Part shown: positions 10,187-19,370 of the stretch, piece by piece
Position numbering within the stretch: the stretch's first letter is position 1
Layout of the letters: each line of letters begins with the position of its first letter
Assembly: GCA_944391955.1 (NCBI GenBank)
Contig: CALXVG010000001.1
Location: 131,170-195,169 of the forward strand
From: an uncultured Clostridia bacterium
GTDB taxonomy: Bacteria > Bacillota > Clostridia > TANB77 > CAG-508
Direction of reading: 5' to 3'
DNA length: 64,000 nt
The notes under the pieces: model-generated
Told to the model about the DNA's origin: nothing
The model's input: the letters and a program-made list of their open reading frames with translations, nothing else
Database searches by the model: none
Made by a program: the position numbers and the translations under genes

Positions 10187-10957
10187 TTATTCTTTATGTT
10201 GAACACCTGCATTATCTATTGTATAATTTTCTTTATAGATTAAATCTGAAACTTTTACAATATTATAACCTTTTTCTTTTATTTTTGTTATCAACACATC
10301 TAAACTTGTTGCTGTGTTTTCTGTTCCATTATGCATTAATATTATACTTCCGTTTTCTAGTTTAGGTTCTATTCTTTCCCACATTTGTTCTCCTGTTAAT
10401 GAATTATAATCTAATGAATCTATTGACCATTGTATTGTAATATGGTTATTGTCTTTTGCTGCTTGTAATACAGTATCATTATATTCTCCATATGGTCCTC
10501 TATACAACGTGCTTGGATTTCCAGTAATTTTTTGTATTAGTTCAGAACATTTTTTTATTTGTTCCACATTTTGGTCATAACTTAAATTATTTACATGCGG
10601 ATGATTATATGAATGATTTGCAAGCTCATGACCCGAATTATATATTTTTTTGGCAGCATCTTCATTTTTTTCAATCCAATCTCCTACCATAAAAAAAGTT
10701 ACTTTTATTTGATGTTTTTCAAGTGTTTGTAAGATTAAATCTATATCGTCTGCATTCCATGCACAATTAATTGTTAATGCTACATTAGGTTCATTTGTAT
10801 TTACACTATAAATTGGTAATTGTTTTCTTGTACTCGCTGTTTCTGCTGTTTCTGCTGGCATTTTTGCAAATAGAGTTGTCATTAAAAATAATGCAAATAC
10901 TGTGCATACTGCAACAAATACTGAAACAATTCTATCTTTATTAACTACTAGAAACAT
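10187..10957 (-). CDS. Polysaccharide deacetylase (NodB-domain) family protein, membrane-anchored.
   Basis: 256 aa. N-terminal TM segment. NodB catalytic motifs (TFFMVGDW, HELANHSYNHP). Confidence 0.75.
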   Translation of the reverse strand: MFLVVNKDRIVSVFVAVCTVFALFLMTTLFAKMPAETAETASTRKQLPIYSVNTNEPNVALTINCAWNADDIDLILQTLEKHQIKVTFFMVGDWIEKNEDAAKKIYNSGHELANHSYNHPHVNNLSYDQNVEQIKKCSELIQKITGNPSTLYRGPYGEYNDTVLQAAKDNNHITIQWSIDSLDYNSLTGEQMWERIEPKLENGSIILMHNGTENTATSLDVLITKIKEKGYNIVKVSDLIYKENYTIDNAGVQHKE

Positions 10958-11116
10958 ACTTACCTCCTAAACTTTGCTAATTAATTATATGTATCTTTTA
11001 TGCAATTATTCATCTAATTTCATTTTACAATATGTCAATATTTTTTGGAATTGTTTTCTTGACTTTGCCATATGATATTGTTATAATGTTTATTTAATGA
11101 TGTATGGAGGTTTATT

Positions 11117-11974
11117 ATGGATCGTTATGAAAGTGCTAAAAGGGCTGGTATTCTGGGGATTTTAGGAAATCTTTTTTTACTTATTATTAAGGGATTTGTT
11201 GGTTTTACTTTTAAAAGTCAAGCTATGATTGCTGATAGTTTTAATAGTGCTGGAGATATTTTAAGTTCTCTTTTCACTTTTGTTGGCAATAAAATTTCAA
11301 GCAAACCTGGTGATGATGACCATAATTTTGGACACGGAAAATCTGAGTATATTTTTTCATTTTTAATAAGTATTTCTATGATAATAGTATCTTCAAAACT
11401 ATTATATGATTCAGCTAAATCATTAATTTTTCATAATACTTTAGATTTTTCTATTTTACTAGTGATTGTTTGTATTATTACAATACTAATAAAGATGAGC
11501 CTTTATATATACACAAAGAGATTAAATAAAAAACAATCTAATATTTTAGTAGAAGCAAATAGTCAGGATCATTTTAATGATTGCATTATTACATCTTGTA
11601 CATTAATATCTATACTTTTTTCATATAATGGTATTTATTGGGTTGATAGTGTTGTTGGTATTTTAATATCAATATATATTTTCTATACAGGTATTAAAAT
11701 TTTTCTTGAGAGCTACAATGTGTTAATGGATATCTCAATTGATGAAGATACTAAAAAAGTGATATTAAGCTTAACAAACCAGTATAAAGAAATTAAAGGT
11801 GTTGAAAGTATTTTTTCTACTCCTTCTGGTTATAAATACATTGTTATTATGACGATTTTTGTAGATGGAAATATGACAACATTTGATAGTCATACTTTAG
11901 CAGATAATTTAGAAGAAGATATCAAACATCTTGATAAAGTATCTGCAGCAATTGTACATGTTAATCCTGTTTAA
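11117..11974 (+). CDS. Cation diffusion facilitator (CDF) family metal efflux transporter.
   Basis: 285 aa. Six TM segments. An HNFGHGK motif and a C-terminal cytoplasmic domain. Confidence 0.8.
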   Translation: MDRYESAKRAGILGILGNLFLLIIKGFVGFTFKSQAMIADSFNSAGDILSSLFTFVGNKISSKPGDDDHNFGHGKSEYIFSFLISISMIIVSSKLLYDSAKSLIFHNTLDFSILLVIVCIITILIKMSLYIYTKRLNKKQSNILVEANSQDHFNDCIITSCTLISILFSYNGIYWVDSVVGILISIYIFYTGIKIFLESYNVLMDISIDEDTKKVILSLTNQYKEIKGVESIFSTPSGYKYIVIMTIFVDGNMTTFDSHTLADNLEEDIKHLDKVSAAIVHVNPV

Positions 11975-13866
11975 TATCTTCTAATTTTTTTAAATTTATT
12001 TTGTATATAGTCCTCCAACTTGTTCATAAATTCAGTTGGTGGTATTTCTTTTTTTGCCACCATATCTAATCCTTTTTCCCAGCTTGCAGTTAGTTTAGGA
12101 TTTAACATATCTGGCATTGAATTATTTACTACATCAAATATCGATTCTCCTTTTTCTGTTGGAGTTATTATTTGTGTTTTTGAATTTATATTTATATGTT
12201 GTATTTTTTCTAGTTTTTTTATGATTTCTGCTCTTGTTGCACTTGTTCCGATTCCAGCTCCTTTTATCTGTTCTCTTAGTTCTTCTTCTTCGATTAGTTT
12301 CCCTGCATTTTCCATTGCCAAAATTATTGACCCTGAATTATATCTTGTTGGTGGTGTTGTCTCTGCTTCTTTTATTGAAATATTTTTTACATCTATTTCC
12401 TGATTTTTTCTTAGATTTTTTAAGCTTTCTGTTTCAATTGTATCTTCTTTTGCTTTTAAAACTTCTAAATATCCTACTTTTGTACATATTTTTTCACTTG
12501 TGTAAAATGTTTCATTTTCTATGTTTACAGTAACATTTATTTTGTTAAACTCTGCATCCGGATAAAAAATTGCTATAAATCTTTTTACTATTACTCTATA
12601 TATTTCTCTGTGCAAATCTGGTAATTTTGCATAGTTTTCAAAGCCTTGTCCTGTTGGGATGATTGCATAGTGGTCTGTAATTTTACTATCATTAACATAT
12701 TTAGTTTTAGCTAAGTTGTTAATTGGATATTTTTCATTTATCATTTTTGTCATATATTCATTTATTTCTTCATCTGTTTTTAAGTTTTTAAATAGTCCAT
12801 TTAGATTTTTGGAAATTTCTTTTGCTACTGCTGTTGACAGCACTCTCGCATCTGTTCTAGGATATGTAACTAACTTTTTTTCATATAAACTTTGTATTAT
12901 TTCTAGTGTTTCACTTGGTTTTATTTTAAACCTTTTTGTGCATTCATTTTGAATTTCGGCCAAGTTAAAAAGTAATGGTGCTTTTTCTTTTTGTTTAGTT
13001 TTTTTTACTTCTGTTATAATTGCTTTTTTCCCTGTTAAACTTTCTATAAACTCTTTAGCATCACTTTCTTTTTTTAATCCTGATTCGTTGTATAGTTTAG
13101 GTGATTCGTAAAGTACAGATTTTTCATTTACTTTCCATTCTCCTGTAAATGCGTTTTCTTCTCCAAATTCTGCATTTATTTTATAATATTTTGTTTTAAC
13201 AAAATTTCGTATTTCTCTTTCTCTTGAAACAATCATTCCTAAAACACATGTCATTACTCGTCCAATTGATATAGATGTTTTATCTTCTTTTATTTTTTCT
13301 GCCAGTTTTTTTCCATATACTATTGTTAATAATCTTGAAAAATTAATACCTATTAAATAATCTTCTTTTGCCCTTAAATATGCTGAATCTGATAAGCTAT
13401 CATATTCTGATAAGTTCTTTGCTTCTTTGATTCCTCTTAAAATTTCTTCTTCCGTCTGAGAATCAATCCATACTCTCTTTTTTTCTTTGCCTTGTACTCC
13501 AATCATTTTATCTACTAAGCGGTAGATGTACTCTCCTTCTCGTCCAGAGTCAGTACTTACATATATTGTTTCTATATCTTCTCTTGTCAGTAGTCCCTTT
13601 ATTATATCAAATTGCTTTTGTACATTAGGAATTACTTCATATTTATATTCTTTAGGGATAAATGGTAATGTTTCTAGTCTCCAAAATTTTAACTTTTCAT
13701 CATACTTTTCTGGATAAGACATTGTTACTAGATGTCCTACACACCATGTTATAACCCATTCTTCATTTTCTATATATCCATTTTTTCTATTTGTGCCTAC
13801 TTTTAAAACCTTTGCAAATTCCATTGCTACTGAAGGTTTCTCTGTTATCAGTAGTTTTTTCTTCAT
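11971..13866 (-). CDS. topB: Type IA DNA topoisomerase, topoisomerase III-like.
   Basis: 631 aa. N-terminal Toprim (LLITEKPSVA..) and topoisomerase IA core motifs. Confidence 0.75.
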   Translation of the reverse strand: MKKKLLITEKPSVAMEFAKVLKVGTNRKNGYIENEEWVITWCVGHLVTMSYPEKYDEKLKFWRLETLPFIPKEYKYEVIPNVQKQFDIIKGLLTREDIETIYVSTDSGREGEYIYRLVDKMIGVQGKEKKRVWIDSQTEEEILRGIKEAKNLSEYDSLSDSAYLRAKEDYLIGINFSRLLTIVYGKKLAEKIKEDKTSISIGRVMTCVLGMIVSREREIRNFVKTKYYKINAEFGEENAFTGEWKVNEKSVLYESPKLYNESGLKKESDAKEFIESLTGKKAIITEVKKTKQKEKAPLLFNLAEIQNECTKRFKIKPSETLEIIQSLYEKKLVTYPRTDARVLSTAVAKEISKNLNGLFKNLKTDEEINEYMTKMINEKYPINNLAKTKYVNDSKITDHYAIIPTGQGFENYAKLPDLHREIYRVIVKRFIAIFYPDAEFNKINVTVNIENETFYTSEKICTKVGYLEVLKAKEDTIETESLKNLRKNQEIDVKNISIKEAETTPPTRYNSGSIILAMENAGKLIEEEELREQIKGAGIGTSATRAEIIKKLEKIQHININSKTQIITPTEKGESIFDVVNNSMPDMLNPKLTASWEKGLDMVAKKEIPPTEFMNKLEDYIQNKFKKIRRY

Positions 13867-13971
13867 TTCTTTCCCCCATTTATAAAATTATATAGGGATA
13901 ATTATAAATTTCTTTACCTTATTGGCTTGTAGAAATTCATAATTATCCCTTTAAACAATTCAATAAATTCA

Positions 13972-15126
13972 TCACATTTTATTGGTTTGCCTTGATATAT
14001 TAAGTAAAATTCCTACCAAACATAACAATATTACAAGTGAAGAACCTCCATAACTAAAGAATGGTAGTGATATACCTGTTACTGGTATTGATGATGTTAC
14101 AACCGCTATATTGATTATTGCTTGTGAACCTATTAATGCTGTTATTCCAGTAGCAAGTAAACTTCCAAACATATCTGGAGCTTTCATTGCAATTATTATT
14201 CCTCTCCAAATAAACACAGCGAATAAGAATATTACTACCACACAGCCTACAAATCCTAATTCTTCTGCAAGAACTGCAAATATATAGTCATTGTGAGGCA
14301 TTGATATATATTGATATTTTTGATTACTATTTCCTAATCCTAATCCAAAAAGTCCTCCTGAACCTATTGCATATAATCCTTGTATAATTTGCCAACCTGT
14401 ATCTGTTGGGTCTGCCCATGGATTTCTAAATGCCATAATTCTTTCAAGTCTATATGCACCTATTCCAAATTTGGTAGCAAGTATATATAAAATACTTCCT
14501 CCTGCCACTGCTCCAATTCCTCCAAAAATCGCAAAATGTAAAAATCTACACCCTGCCATTATCATCATTAATGAAACAGTTATAATTATAATTAAAGATG
14601 CACTAAGATGTGACTGCACAAACAATATAATAGCAATTGGTATTGCTAAAAATGCTAATGGTCTAAAAAATCCTTTTAGTAAACTTCTTAAATCATCTTT
14701 AGTTTTTGTTAAATATGCTGCGAAAAATATAATTAATCCTAGCTTTGCTACCTCTGATGGTTGAAGACTTCCGAAAATAGGTATTTGTATCCATCTTGTA
14801 GCTCCATTTACAGAGTATCCTAAATTAGGAACAAGAACTAATAATAATATTGCAATTGAGCCAAAATATGCCCATTTATAAAATCTCGCATATATTTTAT
14901 AATCTATTTTTGATATTATAAGCATCGCAACTATTCCCAAAACTGCTGCTATTGCTTGTTTTGTTACATATGTATAACTACTAGCATTTTGGGATAATGC
15001 TAATGGAGAACTTGCTGAAAGAACCATTATTATTCCCAAACCTAGTAGTAGTAATACTATAACAAGAAGTGCAAAATCAAATGGTCTATTATTAGTAGTA
15101 TTTTTTTTATTTGATTTCTTACTCAT
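13972..15126 (-). CDS. FtsW/RodA/SpoVE family peptidoglycan glycosyltransferase.
   Basis: 384 aa polytopic membrane protein of the SEDS family. It follows mraY, where SpoVE/FtsW normally sits. Confidence 0.8.
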   Translation of the reverse strand: MSKKSNKKNTTNNRPFDFALLVIVLLLLGLGIIMVLSASSPLALSQNASSYTYVTKQAIAAVLGIVAMLIISKIDYKIYARFYKWAYFGSIAILLLVLVPNLGYSVNGATRWIQIPIFGSLQPSEVAKLGLIIFFAAYLTKTKDDLRSLLKGFFRPLAFLAIPIAIILFVQSHLSASLIIIITVSLMMIMAGCRFLHFAIFGGIGAVAGGSILYILATKFGIGAYRLERIMAFRNPWADPTDTGWQIIQGLYAIGSGGLFGLGLGNSNQKYQYISMPHNDYIFAVLAEELGFVGCVVVIFLFAVFIWRGIIIAMKAPDMFGSLLATGITALIGSQAIINIAVVTSSIPVTGISLPFFSYGGSSLVILLCLVGILLNISRQTNKM

Positions 15127-15168
15127 GTTTATACCTTTCCTTTCGTTATTCTATGTTACATTAAGTAC

Positions 15169-16149
15169 TTATATTGAACATAATCCAATAATACAAAGCA
15201 TTAGTGTAAAAACACAAAATATTGATACTACTTTGTTTTCTTTCCAACCAGATAATTCAAAATGGTGATGTAATGGTGCCATTTTAAATAATCTTTTTCC
15301 TCCAGTTTTTTTGAAATATATTACTTGCAATACAACTGATAATGTTTCTAATACTGGTATTGCTGCAATTATTAACAATATTAGTGGCATTTGTAAATAT
15401 AAAGCCATTGCTGAAATTACTCCTCCTAATAATAAGGATCCTGTATCACCCATAAACACTTTTGCTGTGTTTAAGTTGAATATTAAAAAACCTAAACATG
15501 CTCCAACAATTATACTTCCAAATACTACTATTTCTTTTACATCTAAAATAATTGCTATAACTGTTAAACAAGTAGTTATTATTGCTGATACACTTGTACT
15601 TAGTCCATCTATTCCATCTGTTAAATTTACTGCATTTGTTGTTCCCAACATAACAAGAATTGCAAATGGGATATAAATTGCTCCTGATAGCACCAATTCA
15701 TATTTTAAAAATGGAATAACTGTTACTGTACCTAAATTTACTCCTTTTAATAAATATAATACATATAAAACTGAGATTATAAGTAATCCCAACATTTTAT
15801 TTGATGGTTTTAGTCCTTTAGTATTTTTTAAAACTAATTTTTTATAATCATCTATAAATCCTATTACCCCAAATCCTATTGTTATTAGTAATAATGGAAA
15901 TAGCCTTTTTCCTACTTCTGGTTCTGTTGCTGAATAATATATATATCCACCTATTGTTCCTATTATAATGCCCATTGCTATTATTATTCCACCCATAGTA
16001 GGAGTTCCTTTTTTTCCAAGATGACTTTGTGGTCCATCTTCTCTTTCCATTTGTCCTATTTTAAACTTTTTTAATATTGGTATTATAAATATTGCTAACA
16101 TTACTGTTGCTATAAAGGAAACAAACAAAATTCTAGTCTGAAAATACAA
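15169..16149 (-). CDS. mraY: Phospho-N-acetylmuramoyl-pentapeptide transferase.
   Basis: 326 aa with MraY signature segments (GLDGL, NAVNLTDGIDGL). Confidence 0.9.
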   Translation of the reverse strand: MYFQTRILFVSFIATVMLAIFIIPILKKFKIGQMEREDGPQSHLGKKGTPTMGGIIIAMGIIIGTIGGYIYYSATEPEVGKRLFPLLLITIGFGVIGFIDDYKKLVLKNTKGLKPSNKMLGLLIISVLYVLYLLKGVNLGTVTVIPFLKYELVLSGAIYIPFAILVMLGTTNAVNLTDGIDGLSTSVSAIITTCLTVIAIILDVKEIVVFGSIIVGACLGFLIFNLNTAKVFMGDTGSLLLGGVISAMALYLQMPLILLIIAAIPVLETLSVVLQVIYFKKTGGKRLFKMAPLHHHFELSGWKENKVVSIFCVFTLMLCIIGLCSI

Positions 16150-17610
16150 CTACATTACCTCCTTTATTATTTCCCTTTCATCGTAATGTCTCATTTCTCC
16201 ATTTATTTCCTGATAAGTTTCATGTCCTTTACCTGCTAAGACTATTATGTCGTTTTTATTTGCCATATTGATTGCATATTTTATTGCTTCTGTTCTGTCT
16301 GTTATTGTAATATATTTTCCTTTTGATTTAGTAGCACCTTCTTCTATTTCTTTTATAATTGTTTCTGGATTTTCTGTTCTTGGATTATCTGATGTGATTA
16401 TTGTAAAATCTGCAATACTAGCAGATATTTGCCCCATTATTGGTCTTTTAGCTTTGTCTCTATCTCCACCACATCCAAATACAGAAATTACTTTTCCTCG
16501 AGTATATGCTTTTACTGCACTTAAAATACTTTGTAAACTCTCTGGAGTATGTGCATAATCTATCATTATTACTAAATCTCTTTTATTAGGAACTAACTCA
16601 CTTCTTCCTGGTACTCGTATTTCCAATAAAGCTTCTTTTATTTCATCTACTGTTACTCCAACTTCTAAAGCAACATAAATTGCAGCTAATGAATTATATA
16701 CGCTAAATCTTCCTGGTATTCCTGTTTTAATTCTTTCATTTTTTCCATTTATTTTTACTTTAAAGTCTACACTTGAATTTGTTATTGTTATATCTTTTGC
16801 AATAAGATTTGCTTCATTATCTACACCATATGTTCTTATGTCTTTATCTGGTAATATTTTTACGGCTTTTCTAACATAAAAGTCATCTGAATTTATAAAG
16901 CTTTTTTTACTCATTTCTAATAATTTTAATTTAGAATTGAAATAATCTTCCATATCTGAATGTTCATTAGCACTTATGTGGTCTTCTGAGAAGTTGGTAA
17001 ATATTGATGCTGCAAAGATTGTACCATCTACTCTATGTAATTTTAATGCCTGTGAAGATACCTCCATAACACATATATCCACTTCTTCTTTTACCATTTG
17101 AGCAAACAATCTTTGTAATTCTAAACTTTCTGGAGTTGTTCTTGAGCTTTCTCCTAAATTTTTTCCTCCAATATAATTTGCTACTGTACCAATTAATCCT
17201 ACTTTTAATCCGTGTTTTTCTAAAATAGATTTAATCATAAAAGTAGTTGTTGTTTTTCCTTTTGTTCCTGTTACTCCTATAACGCTTAATTTTCTTGAAG
17301 GATTTTTATAGAAATTACATGCTATTTTTGCAAGTGCTACTCTCGTATTTGGTGCTACAATTATTGTTACATCATCTTTAAAGTCTGCTTTATTAAGTTT
17401 TGCGTCTTCTTGAACCATTACAACTTTTGCACCATTTTCTATTGCTTGTTTAATATATTGGTGTCCATCTTCTTGAAATCCCTTTATAGCTACAAACATT
17501 CCATTGTCTTTTATTTTTTTTGAATCATATTCTACAGATTCTATATTTAAATTTAAATCTCCTTTTGCTTTTAAGCCTTCTATTCCAGCAATAATAGCTT
17601 TTAATTCCAT
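16150..17610 (-). CDS. murE: UDP-N-acetylmuramoyl-L-alanyl-D-glutamate--2,6-diaminopimelate ligase.
   Basis: Mur ligase P-loop GVTGTKGKTTT and a DNPR motif. A GGAGGG RBS before MELKAIIAG suggests the true start is 17610, not 17634. Confidence 0.85.
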   Translation of the reverse strand: MELKAIIAGIEGLKAKGDLNLNIESVEYDSKKIKDNGMFVAIKGFQEDGHQYIKQAIENGAKVVMVQEDAKLNKADFKDDVTIIVAPNTRVALAKIACNFYKNPSRKLSVIGVTGTKGKTTTTFMIKSILEKHGLKVGLIGTVANYIGGKNLGESSRTTPESLELQRLFAQMVKEEVDICVMEVSSQALKLHRVDGTIFAASIFTNFSEDHISANEHSDMEDYFNSKLKLLEMSKKSFINSDDFYVRKAVKILPDKDIRTYGVDNEANLIAKDITITNSSVDFKVKINGKNERIKTGIPGRFSVYNSLAAIYVALEVGVTVDEIKEALLEIRVPGRSELVPNKRDLVIMIDYAHTPESLQSILSAVKAYTRGKVISVFGCGGDRDKAKRPIMGQISASIADFTIITSDNPRTENPETIIKEIEEGATKSKGKYITITDRTEAIKYAINMANKNDIIVLAGKGHETYQEINGEMRHYDEREIIKEVM

Positions 17611-17746
17611 ATTTACCCTCCAGCATTTCTTCATAATTTATTTTTTCACACGTCTATTATAATATGTTTTTCTTTTTTTGTATAGTTTTTTAGAAAAATT
17701 TATATAAAGTTTATAGTAAATTATATAAAATTTATTCTTAAATAGA

Positions 17747-17785
17747 ACAAAATAAAAACAGAACCTGGGTTTTGGTTCTGTTTTA
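17747..17785. repeat. 39-bp direct repeat, copy 1, containing a hairpin. Left boundary of the KilA-N cassette.
   Basis: AACAAAATAAAAACAGAACCTGGGTTTTGGTTCTGTTTT is identical to the copy at 19037-19075. The stem is ACAGAACC/GGTTCTGT. Confidence 0.8.
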
Positions 17786-17966
17786 GTTAATTGGGAATGT
17801 AGGTAAATTGTACAAAAAACTAGTCAGAAATCTCAAGTAAAATTAATCAAATTTTATTAGTTTTATTATACACTTTACAATAGCATTAGAAATGCAAGTT
17901 TTTTTGAGAAATTTGTTAAAGCTTTAGAATTTTGTGAAAAAAATTTATTTATATTTAAGAAACTTC

Positions 17967-17995
17967 TTGACATTCTCAAACATTTGTTTTAGAAT
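17967..17995 (+). promoter_or_regulatory. Sigma-A-type promoter for the KilA-N gene.
   Basis: TTGACA, 17-nt spacer, TAGAAT, placed 40 nt upstream of the start codon. Confidence 0.55.
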
Positions 17996-18034
17996 GTATG
18001 TATATCTCATTAAAATTGGAAGTGATTTTTATTT

Positions 18035-18895
18035 ATGAAAAATGAATTTATAAAAACAAAAATAATAGTAAAAGATACTACTATAAATGTTATTCGAATT
18101 GATAATACAGACTTTATATCATTAACAGATTTAGCTAAATATCAAAATTCTAGTGATCCATCTTTTACTGTAAAAAACTGGTTAAGAAGAGTTAATACTA
18201 TTGATTATATAGGTCTTTGGGAACAGCTCCATAATTCTAATTTTAATTTGGTCGAATTCGACCAAATTAAAACTGAATATGGGAAAAATTCTTTTGCTAT
18301 GTCTCCTACACAATGGATAAAAAGAACAAATAGTATTGGAATTATTTCAAAAGGAGGTAGATACAGCATTGGAACATTTGCACATCCAGATATCGCTTTT
18401 GAATTTGCAAGTTGGCTAAGTTCAGAATTTAAGCTATATTTAATAACTGAATTTGAGCGATTAAAAATTAATGAAGCATATCAAAATAAAATTGAATGGT
18501 CTGTAAAAAGGGAACTATCTAAAACGAATTATATCATTCACACAGATAGCATAAAAGAATTTATTGTTCCAGCACTAACTGAAAAACAGAAACAATATGT
18601 GTATGCAAATGAAGCAGATGTTTTAAATGTTGCTTTATTTGGAATGACAGCTAAAGAATGGAGAGATAAAAATCCTAATTTAGAAGGTAATATTCGAGAT
18701 TATACAGATATTTTACATTTGGTTGTTTTAGCAAATTTAGAAAACCTAAATGCTGAAATGATAACAAATGGAATTTCTCAATCTGAAAGAATTGTAAAAT
18801 TAAATCACACAGCTAAAAAACAATTAGAATTATTAAAAAATAATGCTAGCATTCGCAGACTAGAAAAAACAGACAAAAAGTTAAAGTTAGAATAA
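18035..18895 (+). CDS. KilA-N domain-containing (phage Bro-N / antirepressor-like) DNA-binding protein.
   Basis: 286 aa. The N-terminal ~110 aa (FISLTDLAK ... AHPDIAFEFASWLSSEF) matches the KilA-N/APSES-like fold. The C-terminal domain resembles phage antirepressor C-domains. Confidence 0.7.
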   Translation: MKNEFIKTKIIVKDTTINVIRIDNTDFISLTDLAKYQNSSDPSFTVKNWLRRVNTIDYIGLWEQLHNSNFNLVEFDQIKTEYGKNSFAMSPTQWIKRTNSIGIISKGGRYSIGTFAHPDIAFEFASWLSSEFKLYLITEFERLKINEAYQNKIEWSVKRELSKTNYIIHTDSIKEFIVPALTEKQKQYVYANEADVLNVALFGMTAKEWRDKNPNLEGNIRDYTDILHLVVLANLENLNAEMITNGISQSERIVKLNHTAKKQLELLKNNASIRRLEKTDKKLKLE

Positions 18896-18994
18896 CATTA
18901 GAGTATAGTTTAAGATTTTGGACAGACACAAGAACTTTAACGGAAATCTGAAGTCGGAAGTCAGAGGTCGTAGTTTACACCATTCTTGGCAAGC

Positions 18995-19036
18995 TCGCTG
19001 GAAGCCTACAGACATAATCCCCGTCCCACTGTCTGG
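18995..19036. repeat. GC-rich repeat element, copy A.
   Basis: CCTACAGACATAATCCCCGTCCCACTGTCTGG. 31 of 33 positions match the copy at 47953-47983. Confidence 0.5.
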
Positions 19037-19075
19037 AACAAAATAAAAACAGAACCTGGGTTTTGGTTCTGTTTT
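19037..19075. repeat. 39-bp direct repeat, copy 2. Right boundary of the KilA-N cassette. Bidirectional terminator hairpin.
   Basis: Identical to 17747-17785. Confidence 0.8.
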
Positions 19076-19081
19076 TACACA

Positions 19082-19222
19082 TTAGTTTATTTTCTCCTTG
19101 TAATATTGTGTTATTAATCCGTCTAATTCTATACTTATTTTATATATTGTTTCATAATCTTCTCCATTTATAATACTTTCATTTAATTTTTCTCTTACTT
19201 TAAGGATTTCATCATTTATCAT
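19082..19222 (-). CDS. Spo0E-like sporulation regulatory protein (aspartyl-phosphate phosphatase family), 46 aa.
   Basis: MINDEILKVREKLNESIINGEDYETIYKISIELDGLITQYYKEKIN with an AAAGGAGAG RBS. Resembles the Spo0E helical-hairpin family. Not in the ORF track because it is under 60 aa. Confidence 0.5.
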   Translation of the reverse strand: MINDEILKVREKLNESIINGEDYETIYKISIELDGLITQYYKEKIN

Positions 19223-19297
19223 ATTTATGCACTCTCCTTTTTTTCATTATCTTCATTTGTTATTAATAAAATACCATATTTTTACAAGAACGTCAAT

Positions 19298-19334
19298 ATA
19301 AAAACAGCAAAAAGTTGATTTTTGAGTCAACTTT
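19298..19334 (-). terminator. Rho-independent terminator after lgt.
   Basis: AAAGTTGA ... TCAACTTT hairpin followed by a T-run on the minus strand. Confidence 0.5.
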
Positions 19335-19370
19335 CGCATACGATTTTTCCTTATATTTCAAGGGTATTTT

